Sequence record: NZ_AP019725.1
Origin: a plasmid
DNA length: 64,000 nucleotides
Direction: 5' to 3' (one strand)
Shown: positions 40,517 through 51,282 of the stretch, piece by piece
Numbering within the stretch: the first letter of the stretch is position 1
Layout of the letters: each line of letters starts with the position of its first letter
Made by a program: the position numbers and the translations under genes
The notes under the pieces: model-generated
Seen by the model: only the letters and a program-made list of their open reading frames with translations
Databases searched by the model: none
What the model was told of the DNA's origin: nothing

Positions 40517-40933
40517 TTATTCGCTTATATCTTGCACCAATGCTCCTAAAAAACGTTTGAAGGTAATGTCGCTGGCTTTTTTACCGGAAGCCTTTTCCCA
40601 GGCTTCGCGTGCTTTTGACACACTCTGACGGTCTTCCTCTATAGCCTTACGGACTGCTTCCTCATCGGAACAATCCATTATAGGTTTACGACCTTGGCCG
40701 GGACGTGTTTTTAAGCCTTTGATACCATTTTCTTTATAACGTTTTATCCAAGCGTATACTGTTGGTATTGTCACATCGAATATTTCAGCTATTTCTGAAG
40801 CTGATTTTCCTGATGACTTCAACAATATGGATTTGCATCTGATACGATAGTTATGAGTAGGGCCATTATGATAGCCTTTCTCCAATTCGAGGCGATTAGC
40901 CTCACTTAATTCAAGCACTTTTATATGTTTCAT
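40517..40933 (-). mobile_element. IS630-family transposase, N-terminal HTH part
   Basis: HTH region (IRCKSILLKSSGKSASEIAEIFDVTIPTVYAWIKRYKENGIKGL) typical of IS630 OrfA. Same orientation as the C-terminal part at 38911. Confidence 0.7.
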
Positions 40934-41029
40934 GATTTACATTCTAAAATATCATGATACAATATTAATATTTTATGTTGAATATAAAAATATTTTAGAT
41001 CACTTACTTATCTCTTTTGTTTTAATAAA

Positions 41030-41070
41030 GTAAGTGTCAAGGCTAAAGTTACTTGTTTGTTTAGCCTTGA
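41030..41070 (-). terminator. Hairpin downstream of the sulfatase pseudogene (gtcaaggctaaa / tttagccttgac)
   Basis: 12-bp perfect stem with a 14-nt loop, about 50 bp after the sulfatase stop on the minus strand. Confidence 0.4.
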
Positions 41071-41116
41071 CATTAAGAATCCGTTCCTTCGCTCAGTCTT
41101 ATAACTTATTTGTCTA

Positions 41117-42543
41117 TTATTTATATTCTTTAGGACGTCTGTATTCTTCCTGCTCATAGAACTGTTCAAGCACGCGCTTTTCGTATTTTCTTTCCAGCAT
41201 CCACATAGGTCTGTCTAGTGTCATTTCCCAGTCTGACAACATCTTATAATATTTTCTTATCAAGTCAGGATGTTTGTCGGCCAGATTATTCTGTTCGCCT
41301 TCATCCTTACTTATATCGTATAGTTCTGCTGGTCTGTCAGGGAAACGCATGAACTTCCAGTCGCCGTCTCTCACAACGCCTCTGTTTTCAATTTTCCAGT
41401 AAAGAGTCTGGTGAGGACGACCGTTATTTTTGCCAGTAAGATAGGGAATAATGTCTACACCATCCAGCGGATTTGCAATTTCCTTGTCGTAACCTGCAAG
41501 ATTGATGAAAGCAGGCAAGAAATCGAGGAAGCTTGTAGGCTTGTTGTAGTGGCTACCTTTCTTTATCACACCAGGATAAGAAATTATGGCAGGAACTCTT
41601 ACACCACCCTCAAGGAAGGTAGCTTTCATACCGCTCAGAGGATAGTTGGAAGTTTCAGTTCCGTTAGGTCCACCGTTATCGTTAGTAAACACTATGATTG
41701 TATTTTTGTCAAGTCCCAGTTCTTTAAGCTTGTCGAACACCTGTCCGCAAGCCTTGTCCATTGCCCATGCCATGGCAGCAAGACTTTTTCTTTTACCTTT
41801 CAGGTGAGCAAATTTCGCCAGGTCTTCCTTTTCAGCCTGTAGCGGAGCATGTACAGCGTTGAATGCCAGATAAACAAAGAAAGGTTTTTTTGCATTTTCC
41901 TCAATGAACTTGCAGGCTTCGTCGGCGAGCAGGTAAGTCATATACTTATCCGGTTCCTTGAAATGAGCGAATCCGTATTCAAGTCTGTTTTCCACACCCT
42001 CATCGGCAAAGGACTCTTCTTCATTCTGATAAGGATAATAATTTCTACCTCCCGAACGGAATCCCACAAATTGGTCAAAACCTCTTCTGTAAGGATGATA
42101 TTCGTCTGTAGCTCCCAGATGCCATTTTCCGAATGCTCCACAAACATAACCAGCTTCGCTAAGATAGTTTGATATAAACTTTTCTGAAGTAGGAACACCC
42201 ATGTCAAGTCCGTATTTACCGTGCTTGCTCATGTATCCCACTACATTGTTCTCTTCGATACCGAATCTCTGCTGGTAGCGTCCGGTCATAAGTCCTGCCC
42301 TTGATGGTCCGCTCACCGCATCGGTGGTATACATCTGGTGGAGTATCATTCCGTTTTCCGCCAGCTTGTCAAGATTGGGAGTTTCAAACTATTTGCTTCC
42401 CTGAAAACCGAAATCAGCATATCCGGCATCATCTGAGAGAATAAACACAATGTTTGTTTTTTTTTGTTCGTTGTTTCCTTCTGCCCATGCAATTGCCGGA
42501 ACAAGTAAGAGAGTTGCTTTTAGAATTTCAGATGTTTTCATAA
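41117..42543 (-). pseudogene. Sulfatase (Ser-type, S-G-P-S-R) interrupted by in-frame TAG
   Basis: Reverse complement of 42350-42543 reads [89 protein letters not shown], all in one frame. The stop (TAG at 42391-42393, minus strand) sits where sulfatases normally have Gln. Confidence 0.75.
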
Positions 42544-42800
42544 AACGCCATTTGTTAATAATTAAATAATAAATGGTTGCTGCAATGCAACAACCATTAA
42601 ATAATTCTGTTTGTTATCTCTTGAAAACAATCTACCTTAATTATGTATACCACTTGCTCAAACAATCCTTTTCTTTATTGGCAAAGGTATTATCATTAAA
42701 AAAAACTAATCAGTGGTTTTTTGAAAAAAAAGTATGGTATTTGAGTACTTCTCCTATAAAATACTTTTAATTTTTTAGGGGAAGTTTATGTTTAAACGTA

Positions 42801-43190
42801 TTATTCCATATTTTCGTCTATGTAGTAGCCGGAGAACCCGCATGTTTCCATATTCGTTATTAAATTCATATCTTCAGATGTAAGTTCGAAATTAAATACA
42901 TCGGCATTCTGAATTATTCTTTCTTTGTTCAGAGATTTTGGCAGTGGAACAACGTTGTTCTGTAGTACCCATCTCAAACATAGCTGAGCCACCGATTTAT
43001 TGTATCTTGATGCTATTTCACATAGAACAGGATACTGCAGCATATATCCGTTTCCAAGCGGACTCCATGCTTTACTGTAATATTATTTCTCTGGCAATAA
43101 AGTACTGTATCCACTTGTGTATATCCAGGGTGAAACTCAATCTGATCTACCATCAGCTGTATATTTGCACTTGTAAAATTAAATGTCTAT
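42801..43190 (-). pseudogene. Aldo/keto reductase, C-terminal remnant
   Basis: The C-terminus ...VAQLCLRWVLQNNVVPLPKSLNKERIIQNADVFNFELTSEDM is AKR-like. An upstream out-of-frame segment, EFHPGYTQVDTVLYCQRNNITVK, matches the AKR central region. No N-terminal half is present. Confidence 0.5.
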
Positions 43191-43342
43191 AATTGCTTAT
43201 ATTGTAGATGAGAACTTTTATAAAAAAAATGCCATTGTATGCAAATACACCATATTAAAAACTCTTTTCCAATATATATAAAACACCAACTATCACTTTC
43301 TTTGCAAAAAAATTAATTTATTGTTTGCTAAAAAATCAATTT

Positions 43343-46300
43343 ATGGAAATCAAAAACAAAAAGTGGGAGAGGTTACCTTTATTGGTAATGCTTCTGTTTT
43401 GTGTATCTGCAATTAGTGCACAAAAGATTACTATTAGTGGAAAAGTTACAGACGAAATGAAAGATCCTATAATAGGTGCTACAGTTTCTGTTAAAGGTGA
43501 TAATACCGCAGGGACAATTACTGACCTTGATGGTAATTATTTTTTGGAGGCTGATAGTAAGTCGACTCTCGTATTCAGTTTCATAGGCTATGAAACACAA
43601 GAAATCTCTGTTAATGGAAAAACACAAATTAATGTTTCTTTAAAAGAAGAATCTGTTATGCTTGCTGAGGTTGTAGCTATTGGCTATGGTGTACAGAAGA
43701 AAAAAGAATTAACAGGTGCTGTTTCGCAGATAAAGTCTGATGAAATGCTAAAAATAGCAGGTTCGGATTTTACAAAAACTTTGCAAGGTAAGATTTCAGG
43801 TTTGAATATTACTGAAAGTTCCGGTCGTCCTGGAGATGGCGCTGTTATTCAAATTCGTGGATTGGGTTCTATTAATGGTAATTCAAGTCCTCTTTATGTC
43901 GTAGATGGAATACCGGCTGACGGTAATCCTAATTTACCTGCGGAAGAAATTGAAACAATAGATGTGTTGAAGGATGGTGCTTCGGCTGCAGTATACGGAA
44001 CACGTGCTTCAAATGGTGTTATATTGATTACGACAAAACGCGGTAAAGCAGGTAAAGCAAAAGTAAGTTTCTCTGGTTATTATGGTCTACAGAACATTGT
44101 ATCAGGAACTCCATTGCTTAGTACACCACAGCAGTTGTATGTTGATGAAATGTATCAGCGTGCTTTAGGTGGTAACTCTTCCGACTTATATTATAATCCC
44201 GATGCAATGGATTATAATACCGATTTTATTGGATCAGTAACTTTAGATAATGCCCCAATGCAAAATTATAACTTGACTGTAAGTGGCGGTAGTGATGTTA
44301 TGACTTATAATGTTAATGCCAACTATTTCAAACAGGATGGTATTCTTATTAATTCCGGTTACGAAAGATTCTCTACCCGTGCAAATGCAACATTTAAGAA
44401 AGGTCGTTTCAGTGGATTTGTAAGTATTGGCTTAAATCATTCTGATAAATCTGTTGAGCCTTGGAATGTATATCAGTTTGCACAATATCAGAAACCATAT
44501 ATGAAACCATTGAATATGGAAGATGGAAGTGAAGTAGAAATTGATGCTGATAACAACGTAGAACATTTGGGATATTTGGCTCGTATATTGACTAATTCTG
44601 ATGACAGAGTTGAAAATTCTCATAATATAGCAGCAAACTTTAAGATAGAGATTATTGACGGTCTTACTTATCAGGTGAATTTAGGTTATAACTATTGGCA
44701 ATATAAAAGAGATTTCTTTGAACCTCAGTTTATGGTTTATGATAAAAACGGGAACCTTAACACAGCTTCAAGTAGAGTTGATGCAAGTCTTTTGCAGGAG
44801 GATAATTCAAGCATGAAACTTACTATGGAAAATGTATTAAGTTATGATAAAACATTCGGAAAGCACAAAGTAGGTGCTGTAATCGGTTATACTATTGAAA
44901 AGACAGACTGGGTGCAGAGCGCAATGTCTAAAAAAGATTTCATTAGTAATGATACACCTGTTTTCGATGCAGGAAATGTTCTTACATCAATTGGAGGATC
45001 TAAATCTACTCATGTAATTGTAGGAAAGTTGTTCCGTTTACAATATGCTTATGACGGTCGTTATATGTTATCTGCCAGTGGACGTTACGACGGTTCTTCA
45101 AGAATGGCTAAGAATAACAGATATGCTTTCTTCCCTGGTGTTTCATTGGGTTGGAATATTAATGAAGAAAAGTTCTTGAAAAATGTAGATTGGTTGAGCA
45201 ATCTTAAATTGAGAGCCAGTTATGGTGAGGTTGGTAATGAAGGTATTGGTGACTATAAATATGCATCTTACATCCGCAACCAGATTGATTATGTTTGGGG
45301 ACCGGAAACAGGCGATCAGTTAGGTCTGGGTGCTATACAGAGAGCGTATTCCAATCCTAACATAGTATGGGAAACAAATGTATCAAAGAATATCGGTCTT
45401 GATGCTTCGTTATTAAGAGGAGCTTTAAGCTTGAGTTTTGATATGTATAAGAATAATAAGAAGGATATGTTGCTTGATGTGATTATTCCTGCATCATCTG
45501 GTACAAATGTAGGTTGGGGAAATAACTCAATTACTTCTAATATCGGAAACATGGTAAATAAGGGTTTTGAGTTCTCGGCTACATACAAAGGACATACAAA
45601 ATTTGGCATGAACTGGTCATTGATAGGGACATTCACTAAAAATATCAATGAAATTACTTCGTTGGGTGATATGAATGAAATACCTTTGGCTAATAGTAAA
45701 CTTGGTTCCTGGTTGAATAATGATAATGTTACAACATATATGAAAGTTGGTTATCCTGCTGGTTCATTTTTCTTAATTGAATCAGATGGAGTAATACAGA
45801 CTCAGGAAGAACTGGATGCTGTTAAGTCTTATATGCCAAATGCAAAATTGGGAGACTTGAAACTGGTAGACCAGAATGGTGATAATATAATTGATGATAA
45901 GGATCGTGTTTATAAGGGAAGCAGTATGCCTAAATTTGAAATGGGTTTAACTTTTAATGCTGATTATAAAGGTTTTGATTTTTCTACTCAGCTATATTAT
46001 TCACATAAAAATATGGTATACAACGGTGCAAAACAGTTTGCATACGCAGGAGTAAGACACGTTGAATTATATGATATGTGGACTCCAAACAATATCAACT
46101 CAGATATACCTGTACCTGAACCATATAATTGTAATCCTAGATTAGATTACTTTCTGGAAGATGGAACATTCTTAAGATTACGCAATATAACATTGGGCTA
46201 TTCTTTACCTAGAAAGTGGTTTAAAGGTATTTTGGATTATGCAAGAATATATGTAACTGCACAAAATCCGTTTACATTTACTAAATATGAGGGATATGAT

Positions 46301-46399
46301 CCTGAAGTTGGTGGAGATGGTGTTGCAAGCCGAGGTGTTGATAAAGCCAACTATCCTATAACAAGAAAATTCTTATTTGGTGTACAGCTTGATTTTTAA
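43343..46399 (+). CDS. susC: SusC-like TonB-dependent outer-membrane transporter
   Basis: Carboxypeptidase-like N-terminal domain, TonB box region, plug and 22-strand barrel. Ends ...GVQLDF. About 1018 aa from Met MEIKNKKW. Confidence 0.9.
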   Translation: MEIKNKKWERLPLLVMLLFCVSAISAQKITISGKVTDEMKDPIIGATVSVKGDNTAGTITDLDGNYFLEADSKSTLVFSFIGYETQEISVNGKTQINVSLKEESVMLAEVVAIGYGVQKKKELTGAVSQIKSDEMLKIAGSDFTKTLQGKISGLNITESSGRPGDGAVIQIRGLGSINGNSSPLYVVDGIPADGNPNLPAEEIETIDVLKDGASAAVYGTRASNGVILITTKRGKAGKAKVSFSGYYGLQNIVSGTPLLSTPQQLYVDEMYQRALGGNSSDLYYNPDAMDYNTDFIGSVTLDNAPMQNYNLTVSGGSDVMTYNVNANYFKQDGILINSGYERFSTRANATFKKGRFSGFVSIGLNHSDKSVEPWNVYQFAQYQKPYMKPLNMEDGSEVEIDADNNVEHLGYLARILTNSDDRVENSHNIAANFKIEIIDGLTYQVNLGYNYWQYKRDFFEPQFMVYDKNGNLNTASSRVDASLLQEDNSSMKLTMENVLSYDKTFGKHKVGAVIGYTIEKTDWVQSAMSKKDFISNDTPVFDAGNVLTSIGGSKSTHVIVGKLFRLQYAYDGRYMLSASGRYDGSSRMAKNNRYAFFPGVSLGWNINEEKFLKNVDWLSNLKLRASYGEVGNEGIGDYKYASYIRNQIDYVWGPETGDQLGLGAIQRAYSNPNIVWETNVSKNIGLDASLLRGALSLSFDMYKNNKKDMLLDVIIPASSGTNVGWGNNSITSNIGNMVNKGFEFSATYKGHTKFGMNWSLIGTFTKNINEITSLGDMNEIPLANSKLGSWLNNDNVTTYMKVGYPAGSFFLIESDGVIQTQEELDAVKSYMPNAKLGDLKLVDQNGDNIIDDKDRVYKGSSMPKFEMGLTFNADYKGFDFSTQLYYSHKNMVYNGAKQFAYAGVRHVELYDMWTPNNINSDIPVPEPYNCNPRLDYFLEDGTFLRLRNITLGYSLPRKWFKGILDYARIYVTAQNPFTFTKYEGYDPEVGGDGVASRGVDKANYPITRKFLFGVQLDF

Positions 46400-46425
46400 T
46401 TTGATTAACTGAAATTTTTAAAACT

Positions 46426-48204
46426 ATGATAAAGAAATTAGCTTATATATTATGTTTCTCTCTTATTGGGGGAACTTTTACGAGTTGTGAAGATGCCTTG
46501 CTGTCACAAGTTAATCCCAATTCTCTGACTGATGGCTCGTTTTGGAAAACCGAAGCTGACTTTGATAAGGCTGTAAATGCATTGTATGGTTCTTTGCAGT
46601 TGGAATATGTAAGTGGTTCAGGATTGACTTTCGAAATGCTAAGAAGTGATTTGGCAGGTACAGAAACATGGTATAGTACTCAAAATATCTTCACCCAGTT
46701 AAAGTGGGATAGCTCTTCACCATATGTTGAAAACCGTTGGTCACAATTGTACGTAGGTATTTTCAGAGCAAATCAAATATTACATTACATTGAAAATGCA
46801 GATTTCCTTACACAAGAGAAGAAAGAACAGATAATAGCTCAGGCACGTTTTATTAGAGGATATGACTATTTTTTCCTTGCCAATACTTATGGTGGAGCCG
46901 TAATACATGATAAAATGGCTTCTTCGGCAGAAGAAATAAACATTCCTTTTTCATCAAAGGATGATGTAATAAATAAAATGGTTATTCCGGATTTTCAGGC
47001 TGCTCAAATATTACCTAAAGTATGGCCCAACGGTAATGACGGACATATCACTTGGGGTGCGGCTACAGCTATGTTGGGTAAGACTTATCTTTTCCAGAAA
47101 GAATGGAAGTTGGCAAGAGAATGCTTTAAGCAATTAGTTGAAAGCAACTTATATGAACTGGAAGAAAATTATATGGATAACTTTACCACTGATAATGAGT
47201 TTAATAAGGAATCTGTATTTGAAGTCTCTTTCTCCGATAACTACAAGCCAGGAAATAGTGGAAACCTGCATGACGAGATAGATGGTTCGGAAGGTGTATC
47301 TATTGCAAACCAGTTTGCTTCTCTTTTTGCAGGTGGTTACAATACAGTGTTACCTACCTACCATTGCCACGAAATGTTTGTTTCGGCAGATGTTATGGAT
47401 CCTGATGCTGAATGGACAAAAGCTGGACATTTGAACTCTATGAGAACATACGCAACAATTGTAGTTGAGAAAGGTGACGGTGATTATTATAAGGCTCCTC
47501 TTGTTAATGAATATGATGCTGATGGAAATCTTGTTGCCAAAGGAAAAGTAAACTTTGGATATGGTCAGAGTTCTAAAGTAAGGAAATGGACACGTTGGGA
47601 TAGAGTGGAATCTGAGGATCCTACTACAGGATGTAGAACAGGTATAAATTACAGAGCTATTAGATATGCTGACGTTTTGTTAATGTATGCCGAAGCTATT
47701 CTTGAAGATGATGGTGATGTAGATTTGGCAATAGAATATATTGATAAAGTAAGAGAACGTGCAGGGGTAGTAAAACTTAAGGATTATATAACAGAGAATA
47801 ATGGATTTTTCCCTAAATTGTGGGTCTCTAAATTTGCAAATAATTACACAGACTTTGAGATGATTCCTGCCAATAAGGATAATGTATTGATGCATTTAAG
47901 AATGGCTGAGCGTTTGCTTGAATTGGCTTTTGAAGGTCATCGCTGGCTTGACTTGGTTCGTTGGGGATTGGTTAAAGAGTGCTTCGAACAATGTTGGAGT
48001 GAAGAACAAGGTATACGTTTGAATTTATGTGGGTCTATTACAAGTACAACAATAAGTTCTACAGAACAGATTCCACCATTAAATGTTAAGGAACGTGTGC
48101 GTCCTGATTTTGAGATGCGTTCAAAGGTATATCAGTCGGATGTTCACGATTATTTCCCAATACCTAGCTGTGAAGTTCAGAATAATAAAGCATTACAGAA
48201 TTAA
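46426..48204 (+). CDS. susD: SusD/RagB-family glycan-binding outer-membrane lipoprotein
   Basis: Lipobox FTSC. TPR-like SusD fold features. 592 aa, directly after susC. Confidence 0.9.
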   Translation: MIKKLAYILCFSLIGGTFTSCEDALLSQVNPNSLTDGSFWKTEADFDKAVNALYGSLQLEYVSGSGLTFEMLRSDLAGTETWYSTQNIFTQLKWDSSSPYVENRWSQLYVGIFRANQILHYIENADFLTQEKKEQIIAQARFIRGYDYFFLANTYGGAVIHDKMASSAEEINIPFSSKDDVINKMVIPDFQAAQILPKVWPNGNDGHITWGAATAMLGKTYLFQKEWKLARECFKQLVESNLYELEENYMDNFTTDNEFNKESVFEVSFSDNYKPGNSGNLHDEIDGSEGVSIANQFASLFAGGYNTVLPTYHCHEMFVSADVMDPDAEWTKAGHLNSMRTYATIVVEKGDGDYYKAPLVNEYDADGNLVAKGKVNFGYGQSSKVRKWTRWDRVESEDPTTGCRTGINYRAIRYADVLLMYAEAILEDDGDVDLAIEYIDKVRERAGVVKLKDYITENNGFFPKLWVSKFANNYTDFEMIPANKDNVLMHLRMAERLLELAFEGHRWLDLVRWGLVKECFEQCWSEEQGIRLNLCGSITSTTISSTEQIPPLNVKERVRPDFEMRSKVYQSDVHDYFPIPSCEVQNNKALQN

Positions 48205-48215
48205 ATTTTAATACG

Positions 48216-49775
48216 ATGAAGACAATAAATAAAATATTATTAGTTATTTTAGCCTTTTTAGGAATAAGTTGCCAAAAGGACTATGAGTTTAACGAAGATA
48301 TAGTCCAGGAGTATGTTACTACTTCTTTTGGAAATAAAGCGAATTTGATGCAAGTTAATGGTTGGATGTCATTTCTGGATTTGTCAAGAGGTGTTGAATC
48401 CAGAACATGGACTTTCCCTGAAGGTGTAGCCATTAATTTAGATTCTACGGAAGTTACAACCTCAGCATCCGAAAACCTGAAAGTTAGTTTTATTGTTCCT
48501 GGAGTTCATAAGATTTCTCTTAAACAAATATTCTGTAAGGAAATAGAAACAGAGGATGGACTTACTAATGAAAAGGAACAGTTTGTTGAAGTTACGGTTT
48601 TAGATAGTGTTAGAGCGTCATTTACCGCTTTGTGTAGAGAAACTGGTGCTGAAATAAATTTAGCTTCGGGCGCCAAGAATGAGCTGCAAGGTGGTCATCA
48701 CATAGATTTTACTGTTACTTCTACAGGTGCACCTAATAAAAATGTCTTCACTTTTGTTAGTGAAGATGGAAAGGCAGAAACAGTTGAGGCAGTTGACGGT
48801 ATTGCATCTTATCAGTTCTACTCACCGGGGTTGTATGAGGTTACCTTGGAGTCATCAAGTGATTTTGGACGTAGCAGCATAAAATATACAGAGTTGGTAA
48901 ATGTTATAGCTTCGGAAGATCCTGTTGATTTTATTGGTGCTGAAAGATTATCATCCAATACTATAGGTTTGAAATTTAGCCGTGCAATGAAAGATGCATC
49001 AGACTGTCCTGTTAATGCTTTTTCACTGAATATAACCAACGGGGAAAATATGATTCCTGTAGTTGCAAATATTCAATCAGTAAGTACGGATGTCAATATT
49101 GTAAAACTTGTATTAGATACTGATATTTATAATACCGATAATATAACTGTTTCATACGATGCATCTGTTGGTAATTTGATAACACTTGACTATGTTTATG
49201 CTACAAATTTTATTTCAGAACCGGAAAGTTTCGATTTCAAGATGTCAAATCTTTTGAAAGAAGCAGGATATGATGTAGGTTTTGAAAATTGTACTGTAGA
49301 AGATTGGGATAAAGTTTCTTGGGGAGCAACTCTATGGGACGACTATAAATTATCTATGGTAAATGATAATGCTCATTCTGGTAACGGTGTTGCATATGCA
49401 GAAATTTCTGCTGGTAAAGGAATGATAATGGGTTGCGATACCAAAGTAGCAGGAGATTATGCCATCCCTGTAGAAGCAAATGTTGATTATTTGCTTTCTA
49501 TGTGGATAAATGTACAAGAATTAGATGGTACTCCAGTAAATGGAATATATCCAAATATTACTTTTGATTTTGCAATAGATACAAAATGGAGTACTGGTGT
49601 ATGGTTTAATAATGATTTTGTTAAAGGTCAATGGGTGAATGTTACATGTAAAATGTCATCTTCCAAAGCTGGAGATTCAGGAATTATCATTAGAGCTACA
49701 AATGAAAAATCATCATCAGCATTGAATTTCTATTTTGATGATATTTCATTGACTAAAATAGAAAAACGTCCATAG
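48216..49775 (+). CDS. Surface glycan-binding lipoprotein (SusE/F-positioned SGBP)
   Basis: Lipobox GISCQ. 519 aa, beta-rich, positioned right after susD. Confidence 0.5.
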   Translation: MKTINKILLVILAFLGISCQKDYEFNEDIVQEYVTTSFGNKANLMQVNGWMSFLDLSRGVESRTWTFPEGVAINLDSTEVTTSASENLKVSFIVPGVHKISLKQIFCKEIETEDGLTNEKEQFVEVTVLDSVRASFTALCRETGAEINLASGAKNELQGGHHIDFTVTSTGAPNKNVFTFVSEDGKAETVEAVDGIASYQFYSPGLYEVTLESSSDFGRSSIKYTELVNVIASEDPVDFIGAERLSSNTIGLKFSRAMKDASDCPVNAFSLNITNGENMIPVVANIQSVSTDVNIVKLVLDTDIYNTDNITVSYDASVGNLITLDYVYATNFISEPESFDFKMSNLLKEAGYDVGFENCTVEDWDKVSWGATLWDDYKLSMVNDNAHSGNGVAYAEISAGKGMIMGCDTKVAGDYAIPVEANVDYLLSMWINVQELDGTPVNGIYPNITFDFAIDTKWSTGVWFNNDFVKGQWVNVTCKMSSSKAGDSGIIIRATNEKSSSALNFYFDDISLTKIEKRP

Positions 49776-49786
49776 TAAATTAAAAA

Positions 49787-49816
49787 TAGATAGGGTTAGC
49801 TCCCTATCTATTTCTT
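49787..49816 (+). terminator. Hairpin atagataggg-ttagct-ccctatctat after the SGBP gene
   Basis: 10-12 bp perfect stem followed by a T-rich tract. Confidence 0.5.
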
Positions 49817-49844
49817 AGATATTATTAATTAAATTTTTTGTAGA

Positions 49845-50873
49845 ATGGAATTGAAATTATTGCTTTTATCATTAGGATTTTTATTTATTTCTTGTAGTTC
49901 CTGTATGCCAGGAGATAATAATGGAGAAGAGAATGGGTCAGAAAACGGATCAAATACAGACCCGGGTGATTCTGAAACAGAATTTGAATATGAATGGGAC
50001 AAGTTTCCTGTACCAGTTTCGGCAGGTACTGGAATGAAATGGGAATTACAGAGTCAGTCGGATGACTTTAACTATACTGCTGACAGTAATAACAAAGGTA
50101 ATTTTGAAAAGAAATGGACCGATTATTACCATGCCAACTGGTCAGGACCAGCTCCTACAATATGGCAGAGAGATCATATTTCTGTCTCAGATGGTTGTTT
50201 GCGAATTGAAACCAGTAGACCTGACGATGTAAAAATAGTTAAGGTTACAAGCGGAGATAAAGAAAAAATGATGCCTGGCACTTATACAGGGTGTGTTACA
50301 TCTAAAACTAGAGTAGTATATCCTGTGTATGTAGAGGCATATGCCAAGATAGCTAACTCAACAATGGCTTCGGATGTATGGATGTTAAGTCCTGATGATA
50401 CTCAAGAAATTGATATTATAGAGGCATATGGTAGCGATAGGGTTGTAGGTGATGATGGACATAAATTTTACGGACCTGATAGAATTCATTTAAGTCATCA
50501 TGTGTTTATTAGAGATCCGTTTCAGGACTATCAACCAACAGATCCTGGAAGTTGGTATAAAGATGTGAATGGAACTATTTGGAGAAATGATTTCCATAGA
50601 GTAGGAGTTTACTGGAAAGATCCATTTAATTTGGAATATTATGTTGATGGTAAAATGGTAAGAAGGGTATCTGGGAAAAATATTATTGACCCCAATGATT
50701 TTACTAAGGGTACCGGACTATCGAAAGAAATGGATATAATTATAAACATGGAAGACCAGAGCTGGAGAGCTATAAGTGGATTGTCTCCGACAAACAAAGA
50801 ATTAATGAATAAAGATAATAATACATTCCTTGTTGACTGGATAAGAATTTATAAACCGGTAGAGGATAAATAA
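49845..50873 (+). CDS. Glycoside hydrolase family 16 (beta-porphyranase/agarase-like)
   Basis: Lipobox FISC. Catalytic motif EIDIIE (ExDxxE). 342 aa. Confidence 0.75.
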   Translation: MELKLLLLSLGFLFISCSSCMPGDNNGEENGSENGSNTDPGDSETEFEYEWDKFPVPVSAGTGMKWELQSQSDDFNYTADSNNKGNFEKKWTDYYHANWSGPAPTIWQRDHISVSDGCLRIETSRPDDVKIVKVTSGDKEKMMPGTYTGCVTSKTRVVYPVYVEAYAKIANSTMASDVWMLSPDDTQEIDIIEAYGSDRVVGDDGHKFYGPDRIHLSHHVFIRDPFQDYQPTDPGSWYKDVNGTIWRNDFHRVGVYWKDPFNLEYYVDGKMVRRVSGKNIIDPNDFTKGTGLSKEMDIIINMEDQSWRAISGLSPTNKELMNKDNNTFLVDWIRIYKPVEDK

Positions 50874-50882
50874 TTATTTTAT

Positions 50883-50917
50883 GGAGACCATCTCAAAATG
50901 ATTTTGAGATGGTCTCT
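50883..50917 (+). terminator. Strong rho-independent terminator (GAGACCATCTCAAAA-TGA-TTTTGAGATGGTCTC + T-run)
   Basis: Perfect 15-bp stem then ttctctttttat, 10 nt after the GH16 stop. Confidence 0.8.
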
Positions 50918-51282
50918 TCTCTTTTTATATAGTTAAGGATTTGATTTATTCTAGTTATAGTGGAGAAAAAATATCTTTATGGGAGAGATTTTCATTTACT
51001 TAGGGAAAAGTTGCATTTTGCCATATATAAATACTATTTGTATGATATATATTTGCCATACAATATCCGACTGAAAAATTCTGAATATGATGAAAATGGT
51101 ATTCTGGTTAAAAAGTATGATAATATCAGTATAATGGAAAAAGACATATTGATTGAACCATCAAGATAAAAGTTCTTTGCTTCAAATAAAATGTTCCGTT
51201 AGATGATATTCAATAACGGAGCATTTTTTTATTCTCAAAACCATAAACTTTACTAATATTGTACTTTAATATAAAATAATTT

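Noticed and set aside
50960-51169. 69-aa ORF between the GH16 terminator and the GH86-like gene
   Set aside because: It lies in an AT-rich promoter region, has a Tyr/Lys-rich low-complexity translation, and is more likely non-coding.
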